64,000 nt of DNA from Myxococcales bacterium (GCA_020201435.1 JAIVGS010000189.1:14404-78403); one strand, 5' to 3'; shown: positions 54,834-63,596, counted from the first letter of the stretch. The notes: generated from the letters alone by a model not told the origin. Numbers and translations: made by a program.

Positions 54834-57203
54834 ATGAACGACCTCCGCGCGGCATTCCGTCTGTTGCGGCGCAGCCCGGCCTTCGCCGGAGTCGTGATCC
54901 TCACGCTCGCGGTCGCGATCGGCGCGACCACCAGCGTCTTCAGCGTCGTCCGCGGCCTGTTGCTCAAGCCGCTGCCGTTCCGCGAGCCGCAGAAGCTGGT
55001 CCGTTTCTACGGTTCCTGGACGCTGTTCGGGCGCGGCACCATTTCCGCCTCCGAATTCCGCAACGATTACGAGCAATTGAAGACGATGAGCGGCGTCGCC
55101 GGGTGGGCCTGGGGCAGCGCCGCGCTCGCGGGCGAGGGTCCGCCGGAGCACATCGGCCTCGGCCGCGCCACCGCTTCGCTGCTGCCGGTGCTCGGCGTGC
55201 AACCGTCGATCGGCCGCTGGTTCACGAGCGACGAGGAGCAGCCCGGGCACAGCCGGGTGATCGTCCTCGGCCAAAAGCTCTGGCAGCGGCGATTCGCGAG
55301 CGATCCCGGCATCGTCGGGCAGACGGTCCAGATCTCGGGCGTGCCGTTCCGCGTCGTCGGCGTTCTCGCGGAAGAGCTCGAATTGCCGGAGAATTTCGAC
55401 GCCTGGCGGCCGTTCGAATTCAGTCCCGACCAGCTCACGCCCCAGGCGCGCCCGCGCCGCGGCATGCGCGTCATCGGCCGGATCGCGCGGACCGCGTCGC
55501 TCGCCGATCTGCGCGCGGAAATGGCCGTCGTCTCCGCGCGGCTGCGGGCGTCGTATCCGGCGGTCTATCCCGCCGACGCGGGCTTCTCGATGGTCGCCGT
55601 CCCGCTCCTCGACCAGATGGTCGGCAATGTCCGCGCGACCCTGTGGATGCTCTTCGGCGCTGTCGTCCTCGTGCTGCTCATGGCCTGCGCGAACATCGGA
55701 AATCTCATGCTCGCGCGCGCGACCGCCCGGGAGCGGGAGCTGGCGGTCCGGGCTGCGCTCGGCGCCGGCCGCGCGGTGCTCGCGCGCCAGATGCTGGTCG
55801 AGAGCGTCTTTCTCGCGCTCCTCGGCGGCGCGCTCGGAGTCGTGATCGCCGTGTGGGGCGTCGATCTGTTGCTGGCGGCGGGTCCTGCCGATCTCCCTCG
55901 CGCCCGGGAGGTCCACGTCGACGGCGCGGTGCTCGCGTTCGCTCTCGGCGCGTCGGCCCTGAGCGGGATCCTCTTCGGCCTCCTGCCGGCCTTGACCGCG
56001 ACGCAGGCCAACCTGCACGACGTGCTGCGCGGTGGCAACGCATCGGCAGCGCCGAGCCCGCGGCGGCTGCGTCGCGCGCTGGTCGCCGCCGATGTCGCGC
56101 TGGCGCTGGTGCTGGTCTCGGGCGCGGCGCTACTCTTGCGCAGCTTCGGGCGCATCGTCGACGTCGACCCCGGATTCCAGCCGAACGGAGCGGTCGCGTT
56201 CACGGTGGGCGTCAACAAGAATTGGGAGACCACTTTTCCGGCCGCCCTGCAGCGGCTGCGTGAGCTGCCCGGCGTCAGCGCTGCGGGCGGCGTCGACTAC
56301 GCGCCCCTCAGCGGGGTGGCGAACGACCAGAACTTCGAGATCGAGGGCAAACCGGTCCCGGTCGGGACCCAGCCGCCCGACGAGGAGATCCGTATCGTCA
56401 CGCCCGGCTGGTTCGAGGCGATGGGCATCCCGCTGCGCGACGGCCGCACGCCGAACGAGTCCGACTTGAAGGACAGGGCGCCGATCGTCGTGGTCAACGA
56501 ATCGTTCGCCCGCAAATACCGGATGTCGCTCGGAAGCCGCCTGCGCATCGCCGGCGACGAGCGTTGGTGGTCCCTGGCGGGGATCACCGGCGACGTCCGC
56601 GAGTTCGGCCTCGACGCCGACGTCAAACCGACGATGTACTTTCCCTTCGCGCAGATGCCCAACAACACGCTGACGCTCGTCGTCCGGTCGAAGGCGCCGG
56701 CGCGGGAGGTGGTTCGGCAGGCGCAGGAGGTCTTCGCCGGGATCGATCCGCTGGCGGCGGCGTACCAGCCGCACCCGTTGAACGAGATGCTCTCGGCGTC
56801 GCTGGCCCAGCGGTCGTTCTCGCTCGAGATCCTGCACGGGTTTGCCGCGCTGGCGCTGTTGCTGGCGGGACTCGGCCTCTACGGCGTGCTCGCGTACGCC
56901 GTGACGCAGCGCACGCGCGAGATCGGCGTCCGCATGGCGCTGGGGGCGCGACCGGCACAGGCGCTCGCGCTGGTCGCGCGCGAAAGCGCGGCGGTCGTCG
57001 GCGCCGGCCTCGCGCTCGGGTGTGCCGGGGCGCTGGCGTCGGCCCGCTCCTTCTCCGGTCTGCTCTTCGGCGTCGGACCGGCCGACCCGATCGCCCTCGC
57101 CGCGGCAGTGCTCGTCCTCGGCGCGGTGGCCGCGCTCGCGACCCTCCTTCCGGCGCGACGCGCGGCGCACGTCGACCCGGCCATCGCGCTGCGCGCCGAA
57201 TGA
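54834..57203 (+). CDS. duplicated FtsX/MacB-type ABC permease (ADOP family)
   Basis: 'MNDLRAAFRLLRRSPAFAGVVILTLAVAIGATTSVFSVV' N-terminus. Two FtsX-type 4-TM modules, with the terminus 'AAHVDPAIALRAE'. Confidence 0.8.
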   Translation: MNDLRAAFRLLRRSPAFAGVVILTLAVAIGATTSVFSVVRGLLLKPLPFREPQKLVRFYGSWTLFGRGTISASEFRNDYEQLKTMSGVAGWAWGSAALAGEGPPEHIGLGRATASLLPVLGVQPSIGRWFTSDEEQPGHSRVIVLGQKLWQRRFASDPGIVGQTVQISGVPFRVVGVLAEELELPENFDAWRPFEFSPDQLTPQARPRRGMRVIGRIARTASLADLRAEMAVVSARLRASYPAVYPADAGFSMVAVPLLDQMVGNVRATLWMLFGAVVLVLLMACANIGNLMLARATARERELAVRAALGAGRAVLARQMLVESVFLALLGGALGVVIAVWGVDLLLAAGPADLPRAREVHVDGAVLAFALGASALSGILFGLLPALTATQANLHDVLRGGNASAAPSPRRLRRALVAADVALALVLVSGAALLLRSFGRIVDVDPGFQPNGAVAFTVGVNKNWETTFPAALQRLRELPGVSAAGGVDYAPLSGVANDQNFEIEGKPVPVGTQPPDEEIRIVTPGWFEAMGIPLRDGRTPNESDLKDRAPIVVVNESFARKYRMSLGSRLRIAGDERWWSLAGITGDVREFGLDADVKPTMYFPFAQMPNNTLTLVVRSKAPAREVVRQAQEVFAGIDPLAAAYQPHPLNEMLSASLAQRSFSLEILHGFAALALLLAGLGLYGVLAYAVTQRTREIGVRMALGARPAQALALVARESAAVVGAGLALGCAGALASARSFSGLLFGVGPADPIALAAAVLVLGAVAALATLLPARRAAHVDPAIALRAE

Positions 57204-57207
57204 CGGC

Positions 57208-57912
57208 TCAAGTCCGCGTCTTCATGTGCGGCAGCGGCGGCTCGAGGACGTGGCCGTTCTGACAGCACTGCACCGGGTGCTGCACCTCGGGCGCCCTCGT
57301 CCAGGCCTGCTGAACGGCCGTGTAGAGCTTGCTCGACGCGACCCGCGCGATCACGTCGCTTCGCACGAACGTGACGCCGACATCGCCGCCCGGGTCCGCG
57401 CGCACGACCTTCACCCGGCCGAGCACACCCGGCATCGGCGGCTCGGCGCCCATGATCCGCATCTCGGCATCGGTCCCCGCCCTCATCCCCGCCGCGCCGG
57501 TCACGCGGGCGCCGTTCATGGCGACGTCGATCATCCGGCCCAGGTACGGCATGCCGCGGACCTTGATCTCGACCATCATGTCGCACCCGATCCGCCGCTG
57601 GTGCCGGCCGACGAAGGCCTTCATGCCCTGGTCGAGCTTGCGGGCGAGCTTGGCGTCGGGAAACTCGATCCAGGCTCCGGTCTGGCCGCCTTCGCCGTCG
57701 AGGCGCGAGAGCACCGCGCCGCGCATCGTGGTCGCCTGCTCGCTGTCGGCGAAGGAGAATTCCATCACCACGCGCGAGGCGCCGGTGAAGCTCGCCATGC
57801 GCGGGTCGCGGTAGAAGAACAGCGTCCGCCCTTCGACCACGTGCAGATGCCTCTGCATCTGCAGGAAAGTCCCGAAGCGGTACTTGAGCAGGGCCGCCGC
57901 ACGCGAATCCAC
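57208..57912 (-). CDS. PilZ-domain protein
   Basis: 234 aa. 'GRHQRRIGCDMMVEIKV...GRMIDVAMNGARV' approximates the RxxxR...D/NxSxxG c-di-GMP motif. Starts 15 nt after the BMC-T stop. Confidence 0.55.
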   Translation of the reverse strand: MDSRAAALLKYRFGTFLQMQRHLHVVEGRTLFFYRDPRMASFTGASRVVMEFSFADSEQATTMRGAVLSRLDGEGGQTGAWIEFPDAKLARKLDQGMKAFVGRHQRRIGCDMMVEIKVRGMPYLGRMIDVAMNGARVTGAAGMRAGTDAEMRIMGAEPPMPGVLGRVKVVRADPGGDVGVTFVRSDVIARVASSKLYTAVQQAWTRAPEVQHPVQCCQNGHVLEPPLPHMKTRT

Positions 57913-57927
57913 CGCATTTGTCTAGGG

Positions 57928-58485
57928 CTAGAGCGCGACTCCGCGCAAGTCGCGGTGGGGACGCGCGATGATCTCAGCCCCGGCCAGCAGGCCGTCGCCG
58001 GCCGCTTGCGTGGCGGCCGCGACCGAGGCTTCGACGGAATGGAGATCGCCGCGCACGATGAACCAGGCTTTCCCGCCGATTCCGCGGGCGAGATGGAGCA
58101 GCTGGAGCCGCACCTGGGCGGCCTTGCAGGCGGCGTCCGCCGAGCGCAGCGCGGCCGCGACCGAATGCACCTCGATTAGACCCGCGGTCTCCTCGGCGGC
58201 GTCGTGGACGAAGCCTTTCGCGCCGGCGCGGATGGCAGGCAGGAGCTGCTCGTGCGCTTGTGGCAAAAACAGCCGATCGACGAGGGCTTCGGCAGCGGCA
58301 GCCGCGCCGGCGGCCTGCGACTCGTCGACCTCGGCGACGCCGCCCGCGAAAAGGATCAGGTACTTCCCGGGGCTGACCGGCTCGCACTGGATCAGCTCGA
58401 TCGACGCGCGCTTCGCGACCGCGTCCGCCACCACCACGCCGCGGGCGAGCGAGGCCACTTCGAGGAGGGCCAGTGCTTCAGACAA
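57928..58485 (-). CDS. BMC-T shell protein (tandem BMC domains, PduT-like)
   Basis: 185 aa. Two BMC repeats: 'LALLEVASLARGVVVADAVAKRASIELI...PGKYLILFAGGVAEVDES' and 'GLIEVHSVAAALRSADAACKAAQVRL...GGKAWFIVRGDLHSVEAS'. Confidence 0.85.
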   Translation of the reverse strand: MSEALALLEVASLARGVVVADAVAKRASIELIQCEPVSPGKYLILFAGGVAEVDESQAAGAAAAAEALVDRLFLPQAHEQLLPAIRAGAKGFVHDAAEETAGLIEVHSVAAALRSADAACKAAQVRLQLLHLARGIGGKAWFIVRGDLHSVEASVAAATQAAGDGLLAGAEIIARPHRDLRGVAL

Positions 58486-59932
58486 TGCGGAACTTGTCCT
58501 TGAGCGTGCAGCGGCGCTCGCGGGTGTAGGTGCGGGCGGTGGTCAGGCCGTCGCCGGAGGAGCCGGCGATGGTCCACGCCGTATATCCCTCGCCGCCGAC
58601 GCCCAACCCAGCGTAAGAAGGCGCGTTTTTGACGAAGAGTGAAGTGTTCACCGCGCGCGCCATGTTGTGCAGGTTGTCGATGCTCTTCGAGTGCATCACG
58701 GCGGTGTGGAAGAAGCCGTGCTCGGCCTTGACCGCTTCGCGGATGGCGACGTCGACGTCCTGCACGCGCACCATCGGGAAGACGGGCATCAGCATCTCGA
58801 GCTGGACGAACGGGTGACCGGCGTCGACTTCGGCGAGGAGGATCTTCGGATCCCCCTCGACGCGGATGCCGGCGGCGTCGGCGATCTTGCGCGCGTCCTT
58901 GCCGATGAAGTCCCGGTTGACGTGGCCGTCCTTGGTGACGACGGTCCGTTCGAGCCTGCTCAAAGCAGCGCCGTCGACCGCCCAGGCGCCGTTCCGGATC
59001 ATCTCGCGCTTCAAGGCGTCGGCGATGCTCCGCACCGCGAACAATTCCTTCTCGACGATGCAGATGATGTTGTTGTCCATCGCCGCGCCGAGGACGACGT
59101 CGCGGCCGGCCTGCTCGAGGTTGGCGGTCTCGTCGACGACGACCGGCGGATTTCCCGGTCCGGCGCAGATCGCGCGCTTGCCGGAGGCCATCGCCTGCTT
59201 CACGACCGCGCCGCCGCCGGTGACGACCACGACCTTGATGCCGGGATGCTTCATGAGAGCCTGGGCGCTCTCGATGGTCGGCTCGGCGATGCAGGCGACG
59301 AGATCCTGCGGCCCGCCGTTGGCGAGGATCGCCTCGTTGATCCAGGTGATCACGGTCCGCGAGATGTTCTTCGCGCCGGGGTGGACGTTGAAGACGACCG
59401 AGTTCCCGCCGGCGATCATGCTGATCGCGTTGTTGACGATGGTCTCGGTCGGGTTCGTCGACGGCGTGATGCTCAAAAGGGTTCCGAACGGCGCCCGCTC
59501 GTGCAGCGTGAGGCCGTCGTCGCCGGTGAAGGCGAGGGTGTCGAGGATTTCGAGCCCCGGCGTCTTCTCGATCGCGACGCGGTTCTTGATGATCTTGTGA
59601 TCGACCCGGCCGAGGCCCGTCTCGGCGACGGCCTTCTCGGCGATCTCCTCGACGCGATCGAGGCAGACCCTGCGGATCGCGGCGATGCACTTCGCCCGCG
59701 TCTCGACTCGGATTTCCTTCCAGATCTCGAATGCTTTGCCGGCCGCGGCGACGGCCTGATCGAGGTCGTCGAAGACCCCGGGCTGCGCGCTGCGCACGTA
59801 TGCCGGGCTGCGGCCCTCGCGGACGGCAAACCCGCGGCCCGCGCCGTCAGCGCCCGCGCCCTCCTGCGGCAAGCCGCGCAGCTTCTCGACGACTTTCTCG
59901 ACGAGCTTGTCGATCTGGTCCGGTGGCAGCAC
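58478..59932 (-). CDS. acylating aldehyde dehydrogenase (PduP/EutE family) with N-terminal encapsulation-peptide-like helix
   Basis: 484 aa. N-terminal amphipathic 'PDQIDKLVEKVVEKL', catalytic region 'MDNNIICIVEKE', 'PFGTLLSITPSTNPTET'. Overlaps the BMC-T start by 8 nt. Confidence 0.85.
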   Translation of the reverse strand: MLPPDQIDKLVEKVVEKLRGLPQEGAGADGAGRGFAVREGRSPAYVRSAQPGVFDDLDQAVAAAGKAFEIWKEIRVETRAKCIAAIRRVCLDRVEEIAEKAVAETGLGRVDHKIIKNRVAIEKTPGLEILDTLAFTGDDGLTLHERAPFGTLLSITPSTNPTETIVNNAISMIAGGNSVVFNVHPGAKNISRTVITWINEAILANGGPQDLVACIAEPTIESAQALMKHPGIKVVVVTGGGAVVKQAMASGKRAICAGPGNPPVVVDETANLEQAGRDVVLGAAMDNNIICIVEKELFAVRSIADALKREMIRNGAWAVDGAALSRLERTVVTKDGHVNRDFIGKDARKIADAAGIRVEGDPKILLAEVDAGHPFVQLEMLMPVFPMVRVQDVDVAIREAVKAEHGFFHTAVMHSKSIDNLHNMARAVNTSLFVKNAPSYAGLGVGGEGYTAWTIAGSSGDGLTTARTYTRERRCTLKDKFRIV

Positions 59933-59944
59933 GGCTGACGCCCC

Positions 59945-60232
59945 TTACTTGGTGTAGGTCTGGCGGCCCTCGAGCTCGATCGCGTCGACGATCGCCATGA
60001 TCGTCGCGTCCACCGGCCGGTCCTTGGTGACGCGGGTCTGCCGCGCCGACGAGCCGCTGGCGTAGAGGACGACTTCGCCGAGGCCCGCGCCGACGGCGTC
60101 GATGGCGACCACCAGCGGCCCGGTCGCGTTGCCTTCCACGTCGGCGCCGCGCACGAGCAGGAGCTTGAGCCCGTTGAGCTCCTGCTCCTTGGTGGTGGAG
60201 ACGATGGTCCCGATGACGCGCCCGAGCAGCAT
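59945..60232 (-). CDS. BMC-P pentameric vertex protein (EutN/CcmL family)
   Basis: 95 aa. '[27 protein letters not shown]...[23 protein letters not shown]'. Confidence 0.88.
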   Translation of the reverse strand: MLLGRVIGTIVSTTKEQELNGLKLLLVRGADVEGNATGPLVVAIDAVGAGLGEVVLYASGSSARQTRVTKDRPVDATIMAIVDAIELEGRQTYTK

Positions 60233-60235
60233 CGG

Positions 60236-60406
60236 CTATCTCCGCGATCCGACGAGCAAAAAGAGCGCGCCCACGGCGATCAGCCCGTAGCTCAGGATGT
60301 GCTTCACGTAATGGTGGTTGCCCCAGGTCACGCCGGTCGGCGTGGTGAAGAGGAAGTACCCGCCCGCGACGAGCAGCACGATCCCGATGACGGCGGGCCC
60401 CTTCAT
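60236..60406 (-). CDS. unlisted 56-aa two-TM membrane protein inside the BMC operon
   Basis: Manual translation gives [56 protein letters not shown]. 52 of 56 codons end in G/C. Its ATG overlaps the BMC-H stop (TAATG). Its stop lies 3 nt before the BMC-P ATG. Confidence 0.6.
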   Translation of the reverse strand: MKGPAVIGIVLLVAGGYFLFTTPTGVTWGNHHYVKHILSYGLIAVGALFLLVGSRR

Positions 60407-60735
60407 TACTTCTTCGTGCCGGAAGCGTTCCCGCCGCCGAGCTCGCGGCGGGCGTCGTCGCTGCGGCCGAGCGGCAGCGCGAGGTCGATGTTCGCGTGCG
60501 GCCGGGGAATGACGTGCACGCTGACCAGCTGTCCGACGCGTTCGGCGCCCCGGGCGCCGGCTTCGGTGGCGGCCTTCACCGCCGCGACGTCGCCGCGGAC
60601 GATCGCCGTCACGTACCCGCCGCCGATCTTCTCGTACCCGATCAGCTCGACCTTGGCGGCCTTGACCATCGCGTCGGCGGCTTCGACCATGCCGACGAAG
60701 CCCTTGGTCTCGATCATCCCCAGCGCGTCTGCCAT
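60406..60735 (-). CDS. BMC-H hexameric shell protein (PduA/EutM-like)
   Basis: Start re-set to ATG 60735 ('[56 protein letters not shown]'), 109 aa, with a charged C-terminal extension. Confidence 0.9.
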   Translation of the reverse strand: MADALGMIETKGFVGMVEAADAMVKAAKVELIGYEKIGGGYVTAIVRGDVAAVKAATEAGARGAERVGQLVSVHVIPRPHANIDLALPLGRSDDARRELGGGNASGTKK

Positions 60736-60804
60736 GAAGTGTTCTCTCCGTCCGGTGAGGGCTGGACTGCTAGCACGTAAGACCAAAGGCGTGCAATGCG
60801 TCAG

Positions 60805-61455
60805 CTACATCCGATAGCCGACCACGATCTCGGTCGTGAACGCGAAATCGGTCGGCGAGTTCGCGTACGAGTAGAACTGGGGGCCGAACTTCACGTTGAG
60901 GCCGACCAGCAGGTTGCGATCGACGTTGTATTCGGCGGCAAATCCGAACTGCGGGCCGATCTCGAAGTACGCCGTATGCGACCAGTTGATCGCCATCGTC
61001 AGATCGGCGCTGGCGCTGATGCGCAGGTCGGGGGTGGCCTGGATGCCGAGCGTGCCCCCGACTGGAAACCGGGTGAAGAAATTCGAAGTATTGTTCTTGG
61101 TGTACAGCCGCACGCCGGGTTCGATGTGCAGCCCGATCAGCACTTTTTCGTGCCGGTTGACGACCAGCCGCAGCGGCACATCCGCGCCCGCGCCGAACGT
61201 GGAATTGTTCGTGTTTTCGGCGGCGTAGAGCAGGGCGATCCTGAACCCGAAGTCGGAGCGGTCGGAGAGCCCGTGCAGGTAGCCGAAGGTGAGGCCCGGC
61301 CAACCCATCTCGAACGAGATCGCGTCGCGATCGGGGCTCACCGTCTCGCCGGTCGCGATCGACCAGTGGCCGGCCGCGCCGGGCGCGACGGCGGTGACGG
61401 GAACGCTGGCGGGAGCGGCGGCGGCGAGGACGAGGCTAAGACTTGCTATCACCAC
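60805..61455 (-). CDS. signal-peptide-bearing beta-barrel (OMP-like) protein
   Basis: Natural composition and alternating beta-strand pattern ('[12 protein letters not shown]','[15 protein letters not shown]','[13 protein letters not shown]','[13 protein letters not shown]'). GTG 61455/61452 follows AAGGAAG. The signal would be '[15 protein letters not shown]'. Start is uncertain (track start 61551). Confidence 0.6.
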   Translation of the reverse strand: MVIASLSLVLAAAAPASVPVTAVAPGAAGHWSIATGETVSPDRDAISFEMGWPGLTFGYLHGLSDRSDFGFRIALLYAAENTNNSTFGAGADVPLRLVVNRHEKVLIGLHIEPGVRLYTKNNTSNFFTRFPVGGTLGIQATPDLRISASADLTMAINWSHTAYFEIGPQFGFAAEYNVDRNLLVGLNVKFGPQFYSYANSPTDFAFTTEIVVGYRM

Positions 61456-62077
61456 GGACTTCCTTGCCGCTGACCCCCTGAATCGCGGCGGTTGCGGCAG
61501 CGGCAGCGCTGTCGATCTCGGCTTCGTCGCCCGACATGTAGAGGCGACCAAACGCGCCGAACGGCGTCACGTCAATCAGCCGCACGTCTGCGGCCTTTTC
61601 GGCCTCGTTGGCGGCGAGGACCGCGTACGCGGCCGGCTCGGTCTCCATGATGAACAGGCTGCGTCCCGGCTCGATCATCGAGCCGAAGCGGATCTTGTCG
61701 ATGATCATCGCGTGCATCGGCTCGATGGCGCGGATGATGGTGTTGGAGACGACCTTCGGCCTGGCCCGGTCCTCTTCCTTCGCGCCGAGGTGCTTCAGGA
61801 TCGCGTCGCCCGCGCTGCGGACTTCGCCCTTGTCCTCGTGATGCACTTCGAGCATCCCGAACGCGCGCTCGACGACCAGGGTGGCCGGATGCACGCCGGT
61901 GTTCTTGAGCGCGGTGTCGATCACCTGGTGGATGGCCATCCCCGGCGCGATCTCGACGAACAGCGAGGCGACGTACGGGACCGGAAAGTAGCCGCGGCAG
62001 GTGGTGCAGATGTGCGCGGCCAGCTGCGGCTGGAGCGAGTCGAGGAAGACGTACGCGCGAAGGTTGGTCTGGGCCAT
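61436..62077 (-). CDS. BMC-T shell protein (CsoS1D-like tandem type)
   Basis: ATG 62077 ('[23 protein letters not shown]'), 213 aa. '[46 protein letters not shown]' is a BMC domain. The N-half '[20 protein letters not shown]...FGMLEVHH' is a second one. Confidence 0.8.
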   Translation of the reverse strand: MAQTNLRAYVFLDSLQPQLAAHICTTCRGYFPVPYVASLFVEIAPGMAIHQVIDTALKNTGVHPATLVVERAFGMLEVHHEDKGEVRSAGDAILKHLGAKEEDRARPKVVSNTIIRAIEPMHAMIIDKIRFGSMIEPGRSLFIMETEPAAYAVLAANEAEKAADVRLIDVTPFGAFGRLYMSGDEAEIDSAAAAATAAIQGVSGKEVRGDSKS

Positions 62078-62133
62078 TGGCGCCCGCGCAAGTAGCACGG
62101 GCGACCTTGGCCGGCAACCGGCAACGGAACCGC

Positions 62134-62251
62134 GGAACGGAACGGAACGGAACGTTCACGGTGAGGGGTGAGGGGTTTGGGGTTGCGGGTTGGGGTCCCT
62201 GAACCTACACCCTCACCCCGATCCCCTGAACGTTCCGTTCCGTTCCGTTCC
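62134..62251. repeat. 118-nt palindromic element with (GGAAC)4 arms and a G-rich centre
   Basis: Arms GGAACGGAACGGAACGGAACGTTCA (62134-62158) and TGAACGTTCCGTTCCGTTCCGTTCC (62227-62251) are perfect 25-nt reverse complements. Partial pairing continues inward. Confidence 0.9.
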
Positions 62252-62278
62252 TTTGCCTTCTCCGTTACAGTGAGGGCG

Positions 62279-63583
62279 ATGCCCGTCATCAAGAGTTGGG
62301 CCCGCACCGACGTCGGGCACAAGCGGAAGCACAACGAAGACGCGTACTTGATCGACAAGGAGCTCGGTCTCTACGCGGTCGCCGACGGGATGGGCGGGCA
62401 CGCCGCCGGCGAGGTCGCGTCGGGGCAGGCGGTCAAGTCGATCCGCGACGCGCTCGCCGAGGGAAAGCCGATCCTCGAGGCCTTCGCGAAATCGCCGACC
62501 GTCGAATCGCGCGAGCAGATCGCGTCGCTGATGGAGCGCGCCATCCACAAGGCGTGCTCGGACATCCACTCGCTGGCGACCAGCGATCTGGGAAAGCGCG
62601 GCATGGGAACCACCGTCGTCGCGCTGCTCGCGGCGGGCCGGAAAGCCGTGGTCGGCCACGTCGGCGACAGCCGGGTTTATTTGTTTCGCAACGGAAGGGC
62701 GCACCAGCTCACCGAGGATCACACCATCATCCAGGAGCAGCTCAAGCGCGGGTTGATCACCAAGGAGCAGGTTCCGACCGCGGACAACAAGAACGTCATC
62801 ACCCGCGCGGTCGGCATCCAGCCGTCGGTCGCGGTCGACACCCTCGTCACCGACCTGCTGCCGGGCGATCTCTTCGTCCTTTGTTCGGACGGGCTTCACG
62901 GTTACCTGCAGGACGACGAGCTGCCCGGGCTGCTCGCGCAGGATCGCGAGAAGCTGCCGGATGTACTCGTGGATCTCGCATTGCAGCGGGGCGGCAAGGA
63001 CAACGTCACCGCGGTCTGCCTCTCGATCGAGGCCGACGAGGACGAAGAGACCAGCGACGTCGAGGGCAAGACCGAGATCCTCCGCCGCATCCCGCTCTTC
63101 CAGCACATGACCTACAAGGAGCTGCTCGCCATCCTCGGCATCGCCCGCGGCCGGCAGTTCGAGAAGGGCCAGAGCATCATCAAGGAAGGGGAGCAGGGCG
63201 ACGAGCTGTACGTCCTCTTCCGCGGCAAGGTCGACGTGCTCAAGGGCGGGCTCAAGATCGCGCAGCTCAAGGCCGGCGGGCACTTCGGCGAGATGGGCCT
63301 CGTCGACCAGGCCCCGCGCTCGGCGACGGTGACGGCGGCCGAGGACACCTCGGCGATCTCGATCGACCGCGACAGCCTGCTCAAGCTGATGCGCCGCGAT
63401 TCGCTTCTCGCGGTCAAGTTGCTGTGGAGCTTCGTGCAGGTCCTGTCCGAGCGGCTGCGCAACACCAACGACGCGCTGACGGCGCTCAACGCCGAGCTCG
63501 ACCAGGTCCGCGCCAAGAACACCGCGCCCGCTCTCGAAGCCGCCCCTCCAAAAAAATCCGGCCCGCCACCTTTTGGGCAATGA
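62279..63583 (+). CDS. PP2C-family Ser/Thr phosphatase fused to a cyclic-nucleotide-binding domain
   Basis: ATG 62279 ('MPVIKSWARTDVGHKRKHNEDAY...AVADGMGGHAAGEVAS...LCSDGLHG...GGKDNVTAV'). C-terminal CAP-ED 'GEQGDELYVLFRGKV...HFGEMGLVDQAPRSATV'. Confidence 0.88.
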   Translation: MPVIKSWARTDVGHKRKHNEDAYLIDKELGLYAVADGMGGHAAGEVASGQAVKSIRDALAEGKPILEAFAKSPTVESREQIASLMERAIHKACSDIHSLATSDLGKRGMGTTVVALLAAGRKAVVGHVGDSRVYLFRNGRAHQLTEDHTIIQEQLKRGLITKEQVPTADNKNVITRAVGIQPSVAVDTLVTDLLPGDLFVLCSDGLHGYLQDDELPGLLAQDREKLPDVLVDLALQRGGKDNVTAVCLSIEADEDEETSDVEGKTEILRRIPLFQHMTYKELLAILGIARGRQFEKGQSIIKEGEQGDELYVLFRGKVDVLKGGLKIAQLKAGGHFGEMGLVDQAPRSATVTAAEDTSAISIDRDSLLKLMRRDSLLAVKLLWSFVQVLSERLRNTNDALTALNAELDQVRAKNTAPALEAAPPKKSGPPPFGQ

Positions 63584-63596
63584 GCAACTGCAACTG

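Noticed and set aside
57928-58485. A possible PduT-type [4Fe-4S]-ligand cysteine in the BMC-T protein ('LIQCEPVSPGKYL').
   Set aside because: Aligned by eye on the conserved 'PGK(F/Y)L' block, the PduT ligand Cys position is a Ser here. The Cys lies four residues earlier. There is no basis to claim an Fe-S pore.
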